Shown here piece after piece: positions 25,264 through 37,365 of a DNA stretch of 64,000 nt. Each line of letters opens with the position of its first letter. Position 1 is the stretch's first letter. Origin of the DNA: Hypanus sabinus (taxonomy: Eukaryota); NCBI RefSeq assembly GCF_030144855.1, contig NC_082716.1, positions 52,576,001-52,640,000 on the forward strand, written 5' to 3'. Made by a program: the position numbers and the translations under genes. The notes beneath the pieces are model-generated. The model saw only the letters and a program-made list of their open reading frames with translations. It was not told the DNA's origin and searched no databases.

Positions 25264-25491
25264 GTAAGTAAATAAAATTTTAATTGGCTGATAGTTTAGA
25301 AATGTTATGTCAACTTTGTAATGCAAAGAAGTAAACACCCAGTGTTTTGATTTGAGTGTTTTCCAGTATTTTAATGTATATGGTGTTCTTGGAATTTGCC
25401 TCTTCAGCCTCTTTGCATAATTATTAGTAGCTACCATATCTGATCAAATGTGCAAGTATTTAAAGGCACAAGGTATGATAATCTAACTGGA

Positions 25492-27025
25492 ATTAGAATC
25501 TGGTTTGCTATCACTGACGTGTATTGTGAAATTTGTTGTTTTGCGGCAGCAGTACACTGCAATACAAGATAATAAAATCTATAAATTACAATAAGAAAGA
25601 TATAATTAAGTATGTAGTGAAAAGAGAGAGCAAAAAAAATTAGTGAGATAGTGTTCATTGTCCGTTCAGAAATCTGGTGGAGGGGAAGAATCTGTTCCTA
25701 AGCATTGAGTGTGTGTCTTCAGGCTCCTGTACTTCCTCCTTGATGGTAGCAATGAGAAGAGGGTATGTCCTGTGTGATGGGGGTCCTTAATGATGGATGT
25801 CGCTTTTTGAGACATTATCTTCTGAAGAGGTCCTCGGTGCAGGGGAGGCCAGCATCCATGATGGAGCTATTCGAACTTGAAACTTTCTGCACCCTTTTCT
25901 GATCCTGTGCTGTGGCCGCTCCATACCACACGTCAATGCAGCCAGTTGGAACATTCTCCATGGTACATTGGTAGAAATTTGCAGGAGTCTTTGGTGTCAT
26001 TTAGTCCCCTTGAACTTCTAATGCAATATAGCCGATAATGTGCCGCCTTTGTAATTGCTTCCATACGTTGGGCTCAGGATAGGCCTTCAGAGTTGTTGGC
26101 ACCCAGGAACTTGAAAAAGCTCACCCTTTCCGCTGCAGATCCCTCAGTGAAGGCCGGTGTGCGTTCCCTTGACCTCCCCTTCCCGAAGTGCACAATCAGT
26201 TCCTGACATTGAGTGCAAGGTTGCTGTTGCAACACCACTCAACCAGCTGATCTGCCTCACTCCTATGTGCCCTCTCTTCATCATCTGAAATTCTTCCGGC
26301 AATAGTTGTTATTCGCTAATTTATAGATGTTGTTTGAGCTGTGGCTAGAGACAGACACGGCTGTAGAGAGAACAGAGCAGTACCACCCTGCGGTGCGCCA
26401 TTGTTGATTATTACTGAGGAGAAGGTGTTATTTCCGATCCGCATTGACCATCGTCTCCTGACGAGGAAGGCAAGGGTCCAGTTTCAGTGGCGGGTGCAAG
26501 GCCCAGGTTTTGGAGCTTGTTAATTAGTACTGAGGGTATGATTGTGTTAAACACTTAGCTGTATTCAATAAACAGCAGGCAGATATAGGTATTGCTATTG
26601 GCCAGGAAATCCAAGGCCCAGTGGAGAGCCAGTGAGATTGCGTCAACTGTAGACCTATTGTGGTGATAGGCAGATTGCAGTGGGTCAAAACCAACCTCTC
26701 AGAGCTCTTCACCCTAATCGATGTGAGTCCAGCTGATAGTTGTTGAGGCAGCTCACCCTGCTCTCCTGGGCCACTAAAGCAGGTGAGAATCTCATGAAGG
26801 ATTGAAGATGTCCTGGAATACTCCAGCCAGATGGTTGGCACAGGTTTTCATTACATTACCAGGTTCATCATCAGGGCCTGAGTCCTTGTTCACCCTCATG
26901 AAAGATGTTCTGACGCTGGCCTCCAAGAGGGAGATCACAGGGATTCTGTAGGGACTCGCACGTGTGTAATTTTATTCTCCCTTTTGACATGTGCATAAAA
27001 GGAGCTTAGCTCATCTGGGAGCGAA
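25492..27025 (-). mobile_element. Rex1/Babar LINE fragment
   Basis: NFYQCTMENVPTGCIDVWYG; tail attagaatctggtttgctatcactgac on +. Confidence 0.8.
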
Positions 27026-27683
27026 TTCCTATTGAGACCACGATAATATATGGATACAAAGACATGGACAATCCAGAAATTTGCATAACATTTATTTTAC
27101 GCATTGTATCAAAATAACCTGATACAGATTTTAACTTGTTTTTATCTTTCAAGCGTAATACCCTCCTACTGTTTATGATATAGGTATAGCTTATTTGTTG
27201 AAATTATGTTATAAGTTCAGTGTAGGACAAAGCTTAGTATGCTACAGAGTAGGAACTATGAGTCAGCATTGTAGAGGGGTGGGATGTAGAAATGCAGCCT
27301 TTTCCCCAAGTGTAGAGGAGGTGAGAGATCACTCAAATGCGCACTGAACAAGTGTTTTAAGTCTTCACAAAGGTCATGTATGGATTGCAGTTTGGGAACA
27401 TGGAGAGACAAGTATGTGCTTTGTATTGGGGAGACGAAAGTGAAGGAAGGAATTAGGGTAGGCATATACTTGTTTCATTATTACTTTCAAGCTTCTTCAC
27501 AAAGATAGTGTTCGTACATTAATATTTTGACTTAATTATTTGGAAAGATATGGATTGACCAATAGTTACAGACTGGCTCCTGAATGGGGTACCAAAGCAA
27601 TACAGATGGTCAAAAGATATCCACTTCTTTACCTGTTGATAATATTTATTTAAATGCATAAGTGCTGTAAGATCTGACATTGA

Positions 27684-27965
27684 GCGGTACGGTAGCATAG
27701 CAGTTAGTGCAATTACTTTACAGCATCAGCAATCAAATCACCAGTTGGTTCAATTCCCGCTGCTATCTGTAAGGAGTTGGTCTGTTCTTCTCATGACCAT
27801 AAGGTGCTCCTGTTCCCACAATCCAAAGTCGTATGGTTATGGTTAGTGAGTTGTGGCATGGCAACACTTGCAGACTGACACCAGCACAAACCTTGGGCTG
27901 TGTTATTCATTTACACAAAATAGCACATTTTACTCTATGTTACGTGTGACAAATAAAACTAATAG
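27684..27965 (+). mobile_element. tRNA-derived V-SINE with a non-CR1 tail
   Basis: ggtagcatagcagttag, ggttcaattccc, decayed V core ggtgctcctgttcccacaatccaaag; tail gtgtgacaaataaaactaat. Confidence 0.65.
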
Positions 27966-28679
27966 TTTAATCTTTTTTAAATTTTTTAATGACACCATTT
28001 GACCAAGGGAGTATTCTCCGCCGCCAACACTCCTCTTCTAAGCAACACCATTTAAAATATTAACTGGCTTTTTGTTTGTCCGATACTGTGTTTAATTTTG
28101 AAGTTACTTGGAATGGGATAATGTCAGAAACAGTTATACATCTCTCTCTTCAACTACCAGTGAACCTTGATAATGTACGGTTGGGTTGTTGGGTTGGTCA
28201 AATTCCAAACCCAGTCTAGCCTTAACCAACTCGTATACTCTCCCTCCAATAGAGATCAGTGAACAATGATCAGGACATGTGAATGCTGGCAGAGTTTCCC
28301 CTTCCTTTCACATGAAGTTGAAAAGCCTCAGCTGAGATAATTTAACTGGGAATGGACTAGAATCATCCTGGTGTGCTGAGTGTAGGTCTCATTTTATACA
28401 ATGCAGTCAGCAATTGAGTGGTTTTTGCACAAATCATTGATTTCTACAGTATATGCACCTCTATATTACTAGATATTGGTTTACTTCTATAGCTTCAAAA
28501 TTAATTTGTTATAATTTTGAAACTAAAAAAAATTGCAACCTATTTTGTTAAGTCATCTTTTCTTAATAAGATGGTAAATGGATAACACAAAAAGCTTTTG
28601 TGTTCCCAGACTAGAATGGTAATACTGATTTCTGTCTCTATATATTCACCAAATGCACTGCAAGAGTTGTATATCTACA

Positions 28680-29975
28680 GCCATAGAACATACAGTATAG
28701 CACAGGAACAGGCCTCTCAGCCCACAACGTTGCGCCAAGCCGATTAAATTAATAATCAAATGGCCAATTAAACTAATCCCTTCTACCTACAGAATGTACA
28801 TTTCATTTCCCTCACATTCAGGAGCCTATCTAAACCTCTCTTAAAAATTCCTAATGTATCTCTCCCTGCCACCACCCTGTGTGAAAAGTTCTTGCCCCTC
28901 ACATCTCCCTTGACTTACCCCTTCTAAACTTAAATACATTCCAAGATTATTTAATGTCTTTTCCTGTTCACAGATGTAAGGAGAACAAAATAATTGTTAC
29001 TCTGGATCTGATGCAGCACAAAAAACCCATGAAAGAGAAAAAAAAACAATAATAAAAAAAACACATAATAAATATAAGTAGATAAGCTGGTTTGTATACA
29101 TTGATTGTATATCCATAAAGTGACGCGAGATGGTGCACAAGGTGACTGGTGGAAAATAATAAAGTAGTGGTGGAGTTAGTGGGTGGAGGTGTTGATTGGC
29201 TTTACTGCTTGAGGAAGTCTCTGTTTTTTAGTCTGGTGGTCCTGGCGTGGATGCTGTATAGCCTCCATCCTAAAGGGATTGGACAAACAGTCCATGAACA
29301 GAGTGTGTTGAATCCTTCATGATGTCACAGGCCCTTTTTTGACATTTTTCCTTATATGTCCTTAATGGGCAGGCTTTTGCCAGTGATGTGTTGGGTAGTT
29401 TTGATTGCCTGTTGTAGAGCCTTCCTTCTGCTATTAGACATTTCAACCCTGGGAAAAAGATATTGTCTGTCTACTCTATGCCTCTCATGGTCTTATAAAC
29501 CTCCATCAGATTTTCGCTCAGCCTCTGCCACTCCAGAGAAAACAACCCATGTTTGTCCATCCTCTCGTTATAGCACAGGCCCTCTAATACAGGCAGCATT
29601 CTGGTTAACCTCTTCTGCATTCTTCCAAAGTCTCAACCTTCTTCCTATAATGGGGTGGCGACCAGAATTGTATGCAATACTCCAAATGTGGCCTAACTAG
29701 AGTTTTATAAAGCCACAACATAACTTTCTGGCTTTTGAACTCAAGCCTTGACTAATGAAGCCATATATGACCTATAGCGGCCCTATCAGTCTGTGTAGCC
29801 ACTTTCGAGGAGCTATGAACTTTCAAGATCCCTCTGCTCATCAACTCTTAAGAGAGGTGCAACTCTTCACGTTTAGCTGAGTTAAACTCTATCTGCCATT
29901 TCTTCACCCATATCTGTAACCGATCTATATCCCACTGTATCGATTACCAATCTTCTGCACTAACCACAACCATCT
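28680..29975 (-). mobile_element. CR1 LINE 3' fragment with nested Rex1 fragment (28940-29428)
   Basis: CR1 tail catagaacatacagtatagcacaggaacaggcc; tactccaaatgtggcctaac (VRPHLEY on minus); Rex piece similar to 8280-8740. Confidence 0.75.
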
Positions 29976-30499
29976 TCGTTTGGTGAGAATTGAATCTGGC
30001 TTGACAGCAGGTAACTTATGGAAGACTATCCTGGTCTTCAGTGTGTGGGCATGCAGGGAAAGTAGCCATCTTGAAGCACCAGAGAGCTTGTAGCACCTTG
30101 GACATACTCATGTAGGAGTCAAAATCTTCATAAGACGTAGGCATCAGATTAAGAAAGATGCTTGTTTTGCAGCTTTAATGTGCTGCTAAAAAGATGGAAA
30201 AAATAAATAAAATCATCATTAACTCTTGAAGCATAATCTTTCTTTAAACAGCTAATGTTTGCAACTGAACAGGGAACTGTCTACTCTTTGAACTGTCTAG
30301 ACATTTTAAGGCATAAGAGATGTCTTTGGGTAAGCAAACATTGGAGTTCTATCTGTGGGCTTTACTGTGTTTCTGATTTTAGATCTGGCAACAGTGGCAT
30401 TTAACAGATCAAATATTTTAATATCCATGCCAAGTGGCCCCTTGCTCGGCCTGATTATGTGCACATCTGCCCACATTATATGCTTTTTCTTTGTTACAG

Positions 30500-30606
30500 G
30501 AGAACAGAAAAGGTGGCTCACGATTTTGAACAGGGGGTTGGTAAACAATTACACGAAGAACTTTTGGCTCAGGACAAAAAAAACAAACATACCAGTTACA
30601 TTTCGG
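30500..30606 (+). CDS. CPT2: CPT2 exon 3
   Basis: ag|[37 protein letters not shown]|gtgaga, 107 nt. Confidence 0.95.
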
Positions 30607-30709
30607 GTGAGATCCTCAAGCTGTTTGATCTGAACTGTTATCGCAAAATGAAAGAACAAACCTTTGCCTGCTATCATTGTTCTGAAGGGACGATCTCTTT
30701 TGTATCTTA

Positions 30710-32240
30710 CAGTGGTGCTAGAAAGTTTGTGAACCCTTTAGAATTTTCTCTATTTCTTCATAAATATAACTTAAAATGTGATCAGATCTTCATGCCAAGT
30801 TCTAAAAGTAGACAAAGAGAACTAAATTAAATAAATAACACAAAAACATTATACATATTCATTTATGTAATGTGAAAAATGATCCAATATTGCAATATCT
30901 GTTGAAAAAAGTATGTGAATCTTTGCTTTCAGTAACTGACCATTCCTCCATACAAAACTGTTTCAGTTCAATTAACTGTTTCAATATTCCTGGGATACCT
31001 TGCATGACCAGCTCTCAACAGGTCATGCCACAGCATCTCAATTGGTTAAAATCTGGACCTTGACTTGGCCATTTCAAAACATGAATTTTCTTCTATTTAA
31101 ATTATTCTGTTGTTTACTGTTGTGTTTCAGATCATTGTCTTGTTGCATCATCCCATTTCTATTAAGCTTCAGGTGACAGACTGCTACCCTGGCGTTCTCC
31201 TGTGAAATGGTGATAAAATTTTGAATTCATTGTTCCCTCAACAATTACAAGTTGTCCAAGCCCTGAGGCAGCAAAACAGCCCCAGATTATAATGCTCCTT
31301 CCACCATGCTTCACAGTTGTTATAAGGCTTTGGTGTTGTTGTACAGTGCCCTTTTTCCTCTAATCATACTAGTGCGCATTTCTGCTAAAAAGCTCAACTT
31401 TTGTCTCATCAGTCCACAGAACATTGTCCTAGAAGCACTGTGGAACATCCAAGTGGTCTTAGCAAACTTGAGATGTGCAGCAACGTTTATTCGTGGAGAG
31501 CAGTGGTTTCTTTCATAGTGTCCTTCCATGAACACCATTCTTCAGTGTTTTTTTTATAGTGGACTCATGAACAGAGACTTTAGTAAGCTTTAGAGATTAC
31601 TGCAGGTTTTTTGCTGTTACCCTTGGATTCTTATTCATCTCCTTCAGCATTGCACATTGTGCTCTTGGTGTGAACCTTGCAGGACACTTGCTCCTACGGA
31701 GAGTAACAATGGTATTGAATTTCCTCTATTTGGAGACAGTTTCTCCCACTGTGGACTAATGAACACTGAGGCCTTTAGAAGTGCTTTTGTAACGTTTTGT
31801 CAGCTTCATGCACATCTACAATTCTTCTTCTAAGGTCCTCTGAAAGTTGTTTTGATTAAGGCATGGTACACTTAAAGATATCTTTCTTGAGAAGTGCAGG
31901 CTCTGTCAGTAGCCTGACTTTGTGTGTCTTTTTTAAAGGGCAGCGCACCTCTATAACCTGCACCTCCAATCTCAATTCATTGATTGGAGCACCTGACTCC
32001 AAATAGCTTTTGTGGAAGGCATTACCCCAAAGGTTCAGATACCTTTTTGAACCTAGACTGTGATTGTTTAAATGATGTACTCAGTAATGATGAGAAGCAG
32101 TACAACTGTTTGTTATTAGTTTAGGCAGATTGTGTTTGTCTATTATTGCAACTTATATTAAAATCAGACCACACTTTATGAGTAATTAATACAGAAAACC
32201 AGGTAATTGTAAAGGGTTCACAAACTTTTTCCTGCAACTG
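30710..32240 (-). mobile_element. Tc1-like DNA transposon, defective
   Basis: TA-flanked; ends cagtggtgctagaaagtttgtgaaccc / gggttcacaaactttttcctgcaactg; degenerate transposase (HLKFAK, WTDETKVELF). Confidence 0.88.
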
Positions 32241-32579
32241 TAACTGGAAGAATGATCTAAATACTGCTACTTTGTATTTGCTATAATAATTGTCCTTTTT
32301 GCCAGTTTGAAACAAACCTGTTAATTGGTGAGAATCTGAAAATATATATTATTTGTCTTGCCACTTGATTGAGTTTGATTTTTAAAATCATTTACATAAT
32401 GTTTCTTGTTACAGTGTACAATAGATGAATTATTGCAGCTTTTCTACCCGATGGCGTAGTGAATAATTGTAGTAGGAATTATGATTGATATAAATGTCTT
32501 CAAGTTCTGGTCTATGTAATATTAGTTGACTTCTGAAGATATAAGAGATTGCATATACTGGGATCTGGGCACAAAATCA

Positions 32580-32880
32580 AACTGCAGGAGGATTCTTGCC
32601 CCAACAGAGCTAGCACTCTCTTGGATCTTACCTTTCACCCCACCAGCCTCTGCATCCTGTACATCATTCTTGGTAACTTATTCCAGCTGCAGCACGATCC
32701 TGCCACCAGTCTCACCTTCCTCTCTGCACTCCTTTCTGCTTTAGCAGGCAGGGACCACATGCACTTCATGTCTTGCAGGTTTGTTCATCACCCCTTCCCC
32801 CACCCCCACCACTAATCAATGGTCCCTTTACTCCACGGATTCTGCCTGATCTGATGAGCTCCTTCAGCAATTTGTTTTTC
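32580..32880 (+). mobile_element. Old Penelope-like fragment
   Basis: LDLTFHPTSLCILYIILGNLFQLQHDPATS, homologous to the 19300 region; pLTR tail gcctgatctgatgagctccttcagca. Confidence 0.6.
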
Positions 32881-33273
32881 TGAATTGGTAGAAATGCCTG
32901 AATTGGACTTGGGATCCCTAGTTTAGGGTAAAGGAAAAAGTGGCAGATTTTCCTTTAATTATTCAGTGATCTCAGAATGGTAAGCGCTTACCTAAGTAAA
33001 CAAGGATAGTATCAAATTTAACTTGATATGGCCAGTACAGTCAATATGATATTGTATATTAATAAACAATATCGATAGGGGTCCATGGAATCTTATAACA
33101 ACACTTGTGAGGAATTGTGTGGAGAATTTTGTTTGGGTGATTTACCTATTAGTAGATTAAAAAAAAATTAAACAAACTGGATAAGCAAATGAGAAGTTTC
33201 ATATGGGACACATTATGTTTTAATGTTTAATATATTCAGAGCTTTTAGAATTATTTTTTCTCATTATTTTTAG

Positions 33274-34578
33274 GACCATGGTTTGACATGTACCTAAGTG
33301 CCCGTGAATCAGTGGTCCTGAATTTTAACCCCTTTATGTCGTTTAATCCTGATCCAAATCCTGCATACAATAATCAGCTAATTCGGGCAACCAACCTGAC
33401 AGTGTCTGCAGTACGTTTCATGAAGACTTTTCGTGCAGGTTTACTCGAACCTGAAATTTTCCACCTCAATCCTGCTAAAAGTGACACAGCTCTTTTCAAG
33501 AATATCATTCGCTTTGTTCCCACTTCTGTTTCATGGTATGGTGCCTATATGGTTAATGCCTATCCACTTGATATGTCTCAGTACTACAGACTCTTCAATT
33601 CCACTCGTATTCCCAGACCAATTCGAGATGAGCTTCTTACAAATAAAAGTGGCAAGCACTTGCTGGTGATGAGAAATGGACATTTCTATATATTTGATGT
33701 TATTGATCAAGATGGAAGGATCACAAAGCCTTCTGAAATCCTGGCACATTTCCAGTATATTTTGTCTGATTTCAGTCCCCCTCCTGAATTTCCACTTGGG
33801 TATTTGACGAGTGAGAATCGGGATGTCTGGTCCTCTCTAAGACAGAGACTATTGGAGGCTGGGAATAAAGAGGCATTAAATAAAATAGATTCTGCTGTCT
33901 TCTGTGTTTGCCTTGATGACATTATCATCAAAGACCACCTTGAGCTCTCCCATAACATGCTTCATGGAAATGGCCTCAACCGCTGGTATGACAAATCGTT
34001 CACTTTCATATTAACCAAAGATGGCACTGCAGGTGTGAACTTTGAACATTCATGGGGGGACGGCGTCGCTGTCCTGCGTTTACAGAATGAAGTTTTCAAA
34101 GACACGACCACGCGGCCTGCAGTTTCCCCAACAACACAGCCTGCAATGATTGACTCCTCTAAGAGTGTGCAGAAGCTTGAGTTCAAACTCGATGATGTTC
34201 TTAAAGCAGGAATTTTGAGTGCTAAAGAAAAATTTGACACCACTGTGAGCACGTTGACTATCGAAGCTGCCGAATTTAAAAAAGGTGGGAAAGTGTTCCT
34301 GAAAAAGCAGAAGCTGAGTCCTGATGCAGTGGCTCAACTCTCTCTTCAAATGGGCTTTCTGAGGCAGTACGGCAAAACAGTAGCCACTTATGAGTCATGC
34401 AGCACTGCAGCATTTAAACATGGTCGTACAGAAACTATTCGCCCTGCCACCATATACACCCAGAAGTGCTGTGAGGCATTTGTGAGGCAGCCTTCGAAAC
34501 ATAGCATCTCAGACTTGAAGGCAATGATAGACGAGTGCTCCAAGTATCATGGGCAGCTAACCAAAGAGGCTGCAATGG
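33274..34578 (+). CDS. CPT2: CPT2 exon 4 (catalytic His motif)
   Basis: ag|GA PWFDMYL...NRWYDKSF...FEHSWGDGV...[17 protein letters not shown]...KEAAM G|gtaagt, 1305 nt. Confidence 0.97.
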
Positions 34579-34895
34579 GTAAGTTCAAATTTGCTTACTT
34601 AGATATTGAAATGATTTGTTTTTACAACCTTTAAAGCCACTGGCAGCCTTCAGCTATCAACATTCCATATGAACCTAGTCCCCTGCAACTAATGTTTATT
34701 TGAATCATGCTGTAGCAAATCAGATTTCTTAGCCCATTAGGTTTGTCTGGTTATTCATATATTTTTTTACCAGAGTAGATATGGCTGTGACTTAAAAGCA
34801 GTGTGCTTGATTTCCTTAGTTCAGCTATCTGCAATTATGCTGTAATGTTTATAATTAAATTAAAACTATGTGATCAAAGTACAAAAATATGGTGG

Positions 34896-35217
34896 TGTAG
34901 CGGTGTGCTACACGCAGCGCTGAAATAATGACACGGAGTCGGTAAACTGAAATTAAAAAAAGCTTTTATTCGAACTTCGCGGCTTCGCTTTAAAGCATCC
35001 CTGATCCCGCCCTCCCCGGGCGCGGATGCTGTAGGAGGCACGTATTCACAGTCCTGTCCCACGTGCGGATGCTGTAGGGGGCACGTATTCACAGTCCTGC
35101 GCGGGCTTTTCCCTTTGTTGGTGAAGCAGACTTGGCGCCCTTTTGGGACTGGCCTTTATGCCGGCGCGCTGGTAATTTGTAAGCTAGTTCGAGTGCGCTA
35201 GGAAGTGGGTTGCCACA
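34896..35217 (-). mobile_element. Solo LTR (Gypsy-like) in CPT2 intron 4
   Basis: TGTAGC...GCCACA termini, 4-bp TSD GTGG on both sides, CpG-rich, AATAAA on minus near 34965. Confidence 0.8.
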
Positions 35218-35394
35218 GTGGAATATTAATTTAGACCCAGAAAGAAAATTGCATCTAAACAGCAGTCTTGGAGCCTCCCCTCAATGTGATACTTCTTAAG
35301 TAATAGATATGGCCCTGATGCCTCTTGATGTTCTTTCAGGTGATCTTAAGATATCCTGCTAGGAAATTAGCCCATTTTCAAACAAAAAAAAAGA

Positions 35395-35911
35395 CACTCA
35401 GTGGCTACTTTATTAGGCAAGCCTGTATACCTCTTTAATGCAAACATCTAATTATCCAATCATGTACCAGAAACTCAATGCATAAAAGCATGCAGACTCG
35501 GTCAAGAGGCTCAGTTGTTGTTCATACCAAACATCAGAATGGGGAAGAAATGTGATCCAGGTGACTTTGACTGTGTAATGATTGTTGGTGCCCAACATGC
35601 AACTTCCATTGAATTTTTTCACACAGCAGTCTCTGAAGTTTGCAGAGAATGACGTGGAAAACAAAAACCATCTACTGAACAGCTGTTCTGTGAGTGAAAA
35701 CACCTGGTTAATGAGAGAGGTCAAAGGAGAATGGCCAGACTGATTGAAGTTGACTGTAACTTTATTAACTGGACTTTACAACGGTGGTGTGCAGAAGAGC
35801 ATCTTTGAACATATGTCAAATCTTGAAGTGGATGAGCACAGCTACAGCAGCAGATCTACAAACACGCACTCATTAGGTACAGGAAGTACCTAATAAAGTG
35901 GCCATTGAGAG
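35395..35911 (+). mobile_element. Non-autonomous Tc1/mariner-type element; partial copy at ~43054-43310
   Basis: TIR cactcagtggctactttattagg / cctaataaagtggccattgagag; internal atggggaagaaatgtgatc transposase start remnant. Confidence 0.75.
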
Positions 35912-36232
35912 CATATAAGCTATTAATCCAGTAGTTCAGCCTATTTTGCTCTAATATGTTTATTTAATAACACTGGTAGTTTGTAAGCATGCATCATAGC
36001 TTCACGGGTACAGAGTTAATCAGTGTTTACTGTGCAGCTGGACATCTGCTGCAGGCTTCTCTATTCTTTGGGTCTACAAAAGGAATGTGTGACTGGTATT
36101 TTAAAATGAGAATTATTCTTGTGGCCTTTTGAGATTTTCCAAAGCTACATCATCACCCACTACTGTATCATGGACTGAAACTGCTCCATTTACTAAATGA
36201 AACCCAACTACAATCTTGCATCATGACAAATT

Positions 36233-36412
36233 CAAACACGAGGAAATCTGCAGATGCTGGAAATTCAAGCAACATACACAAAATGCTGGTGGAACACAGC
36301 AGGCCAGGCAGCATCTATAAGGAGACGAAGGGTCTCGGCCCGAAATGTCGACAGTGCTTCTCGTAGATGCTGCCTGGCCTGCTGTGTTCCACCGGCATTT
36401 TGTGTGTGTGTT
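36233..36412. mobile_element. Palindromic Penelope-pLTR-derived short element with 12-bp TSD
   Basis: TSD tcatgacaaatt (36221-36232, 36413-36424); 42-bp inverted arms with one mismatch; central gacgaagggtctcggcccgaaatgtcgac. Confidence 0.85.
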
Positions 36413-36674
36413 TCATGACAAATTGTATGTTTTAACTTTATTATAAAAATAAAAGCAATCCTGGAAATACTCAGTAACACTTAAAGAGATGGCATGAAAG
36501 ATCATCAACCTTTATATTAATTGATTTTCTCTCTGCACAGAAGCTAGCTTGACCAGCTGAGTATTTCCAGGTTACTGCCTTCTGCAGTTTTTATTTTACA
36601 TTCTACCAACCATACTTTTAAAAGGGTCTTTCTGACATTGGCCACTAATTTTTTTTCTGTTTTTTTTCTCACAG

Positions 36675-37006
36675 CTCAGGGATTTGACCGCCATTTATTT
36701 GCCTTATGTTACCTGGCAAAATCTAAAGGAATGCCTTTGCCAGAACTATTCCAAGATCCATCATATATTAAAATTAAACACAACATTCTTTCCACCAGCA
36801 CCCTAACCAGTACAGCCATCCAGTTAGGAGGCTTTGCACCTGTTGTTCCTGATGGTTTTGGAGTTGGATATAGTGTTAATGATAACTGGATAGGTTACAA
36901 TATTTCCAGCTATCCTGCTCGAGATGCTAAGGAATTCCTTAAGTGTGTCTGCAAAAGTCTGGATGATATCTTTCACGTATTGGAAGGGCAACCCATCAGT
37001 GGCTGA
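36675..37006 (+). CDS. CPT2: CPT2 exon 5, coding part
   Basis: ag|[12 protein letters not shown]...HNILSTSTL...[15 protein letters not shown]...[11 protein letters not shown]. Confidence 0.95.
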
Positions 37007-37150
37007 GTTACAGAAACTGAAATGGAGAGTGAATTGATATTATCCTGCAGTTACAGAACTTAAGGCCCTAAAATGTTATACTTTAATGTTATCTCTTAAT
37101 CAGTACATTAGAAAGAATTAAAAATTATTCTTAATTGTCGAGATTTTGGA

Positions 37151-37365
37151 TGCAAGGCACTTAACAACACACTGCTCTGCGACGTCACCGGTGCCAAGCT
37201 GCGTGGGTCCTAGTGCCCTTCCCTTGGACAACATTGGTGGCATGGAGAGGGGAAGGCCTGCAGCTTGGGCAACTGCCGGTCTCCCATACAACCCTGCCCA
37301 GGCCTGCACCCTGGAAACTCCAGGCACAGATCCATGGTCTCTCGAGACCGACGGATGCCACCATC
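37151..37365 (+). mobile_element. 5'-truncated SINE-like insertion in the CPT2 3'UTR
   Basis: GC/CpG-rich island in an AT-rich UTR; gcaaggcacttaac motif; body homologous to 62110-62300. Confidence 0.6.

Larger units (their letters stand above)
20191..37006 (+). other. CPT2: CPT2 gene span (ATG to stop), 5 coding exons, 2043 nt CDS, 680 aa
   Basis: Exons 218+81+107+1305+332 nt join in frame through GT-AG introns. Confidence 0.95.

Noticed and set aside
33288-34634. 448-aa ORF as a stand-alone intronless gene
   Set aside because: It is CPT2 exon 4 read through its splice donor; the true exon is 33274-34578.
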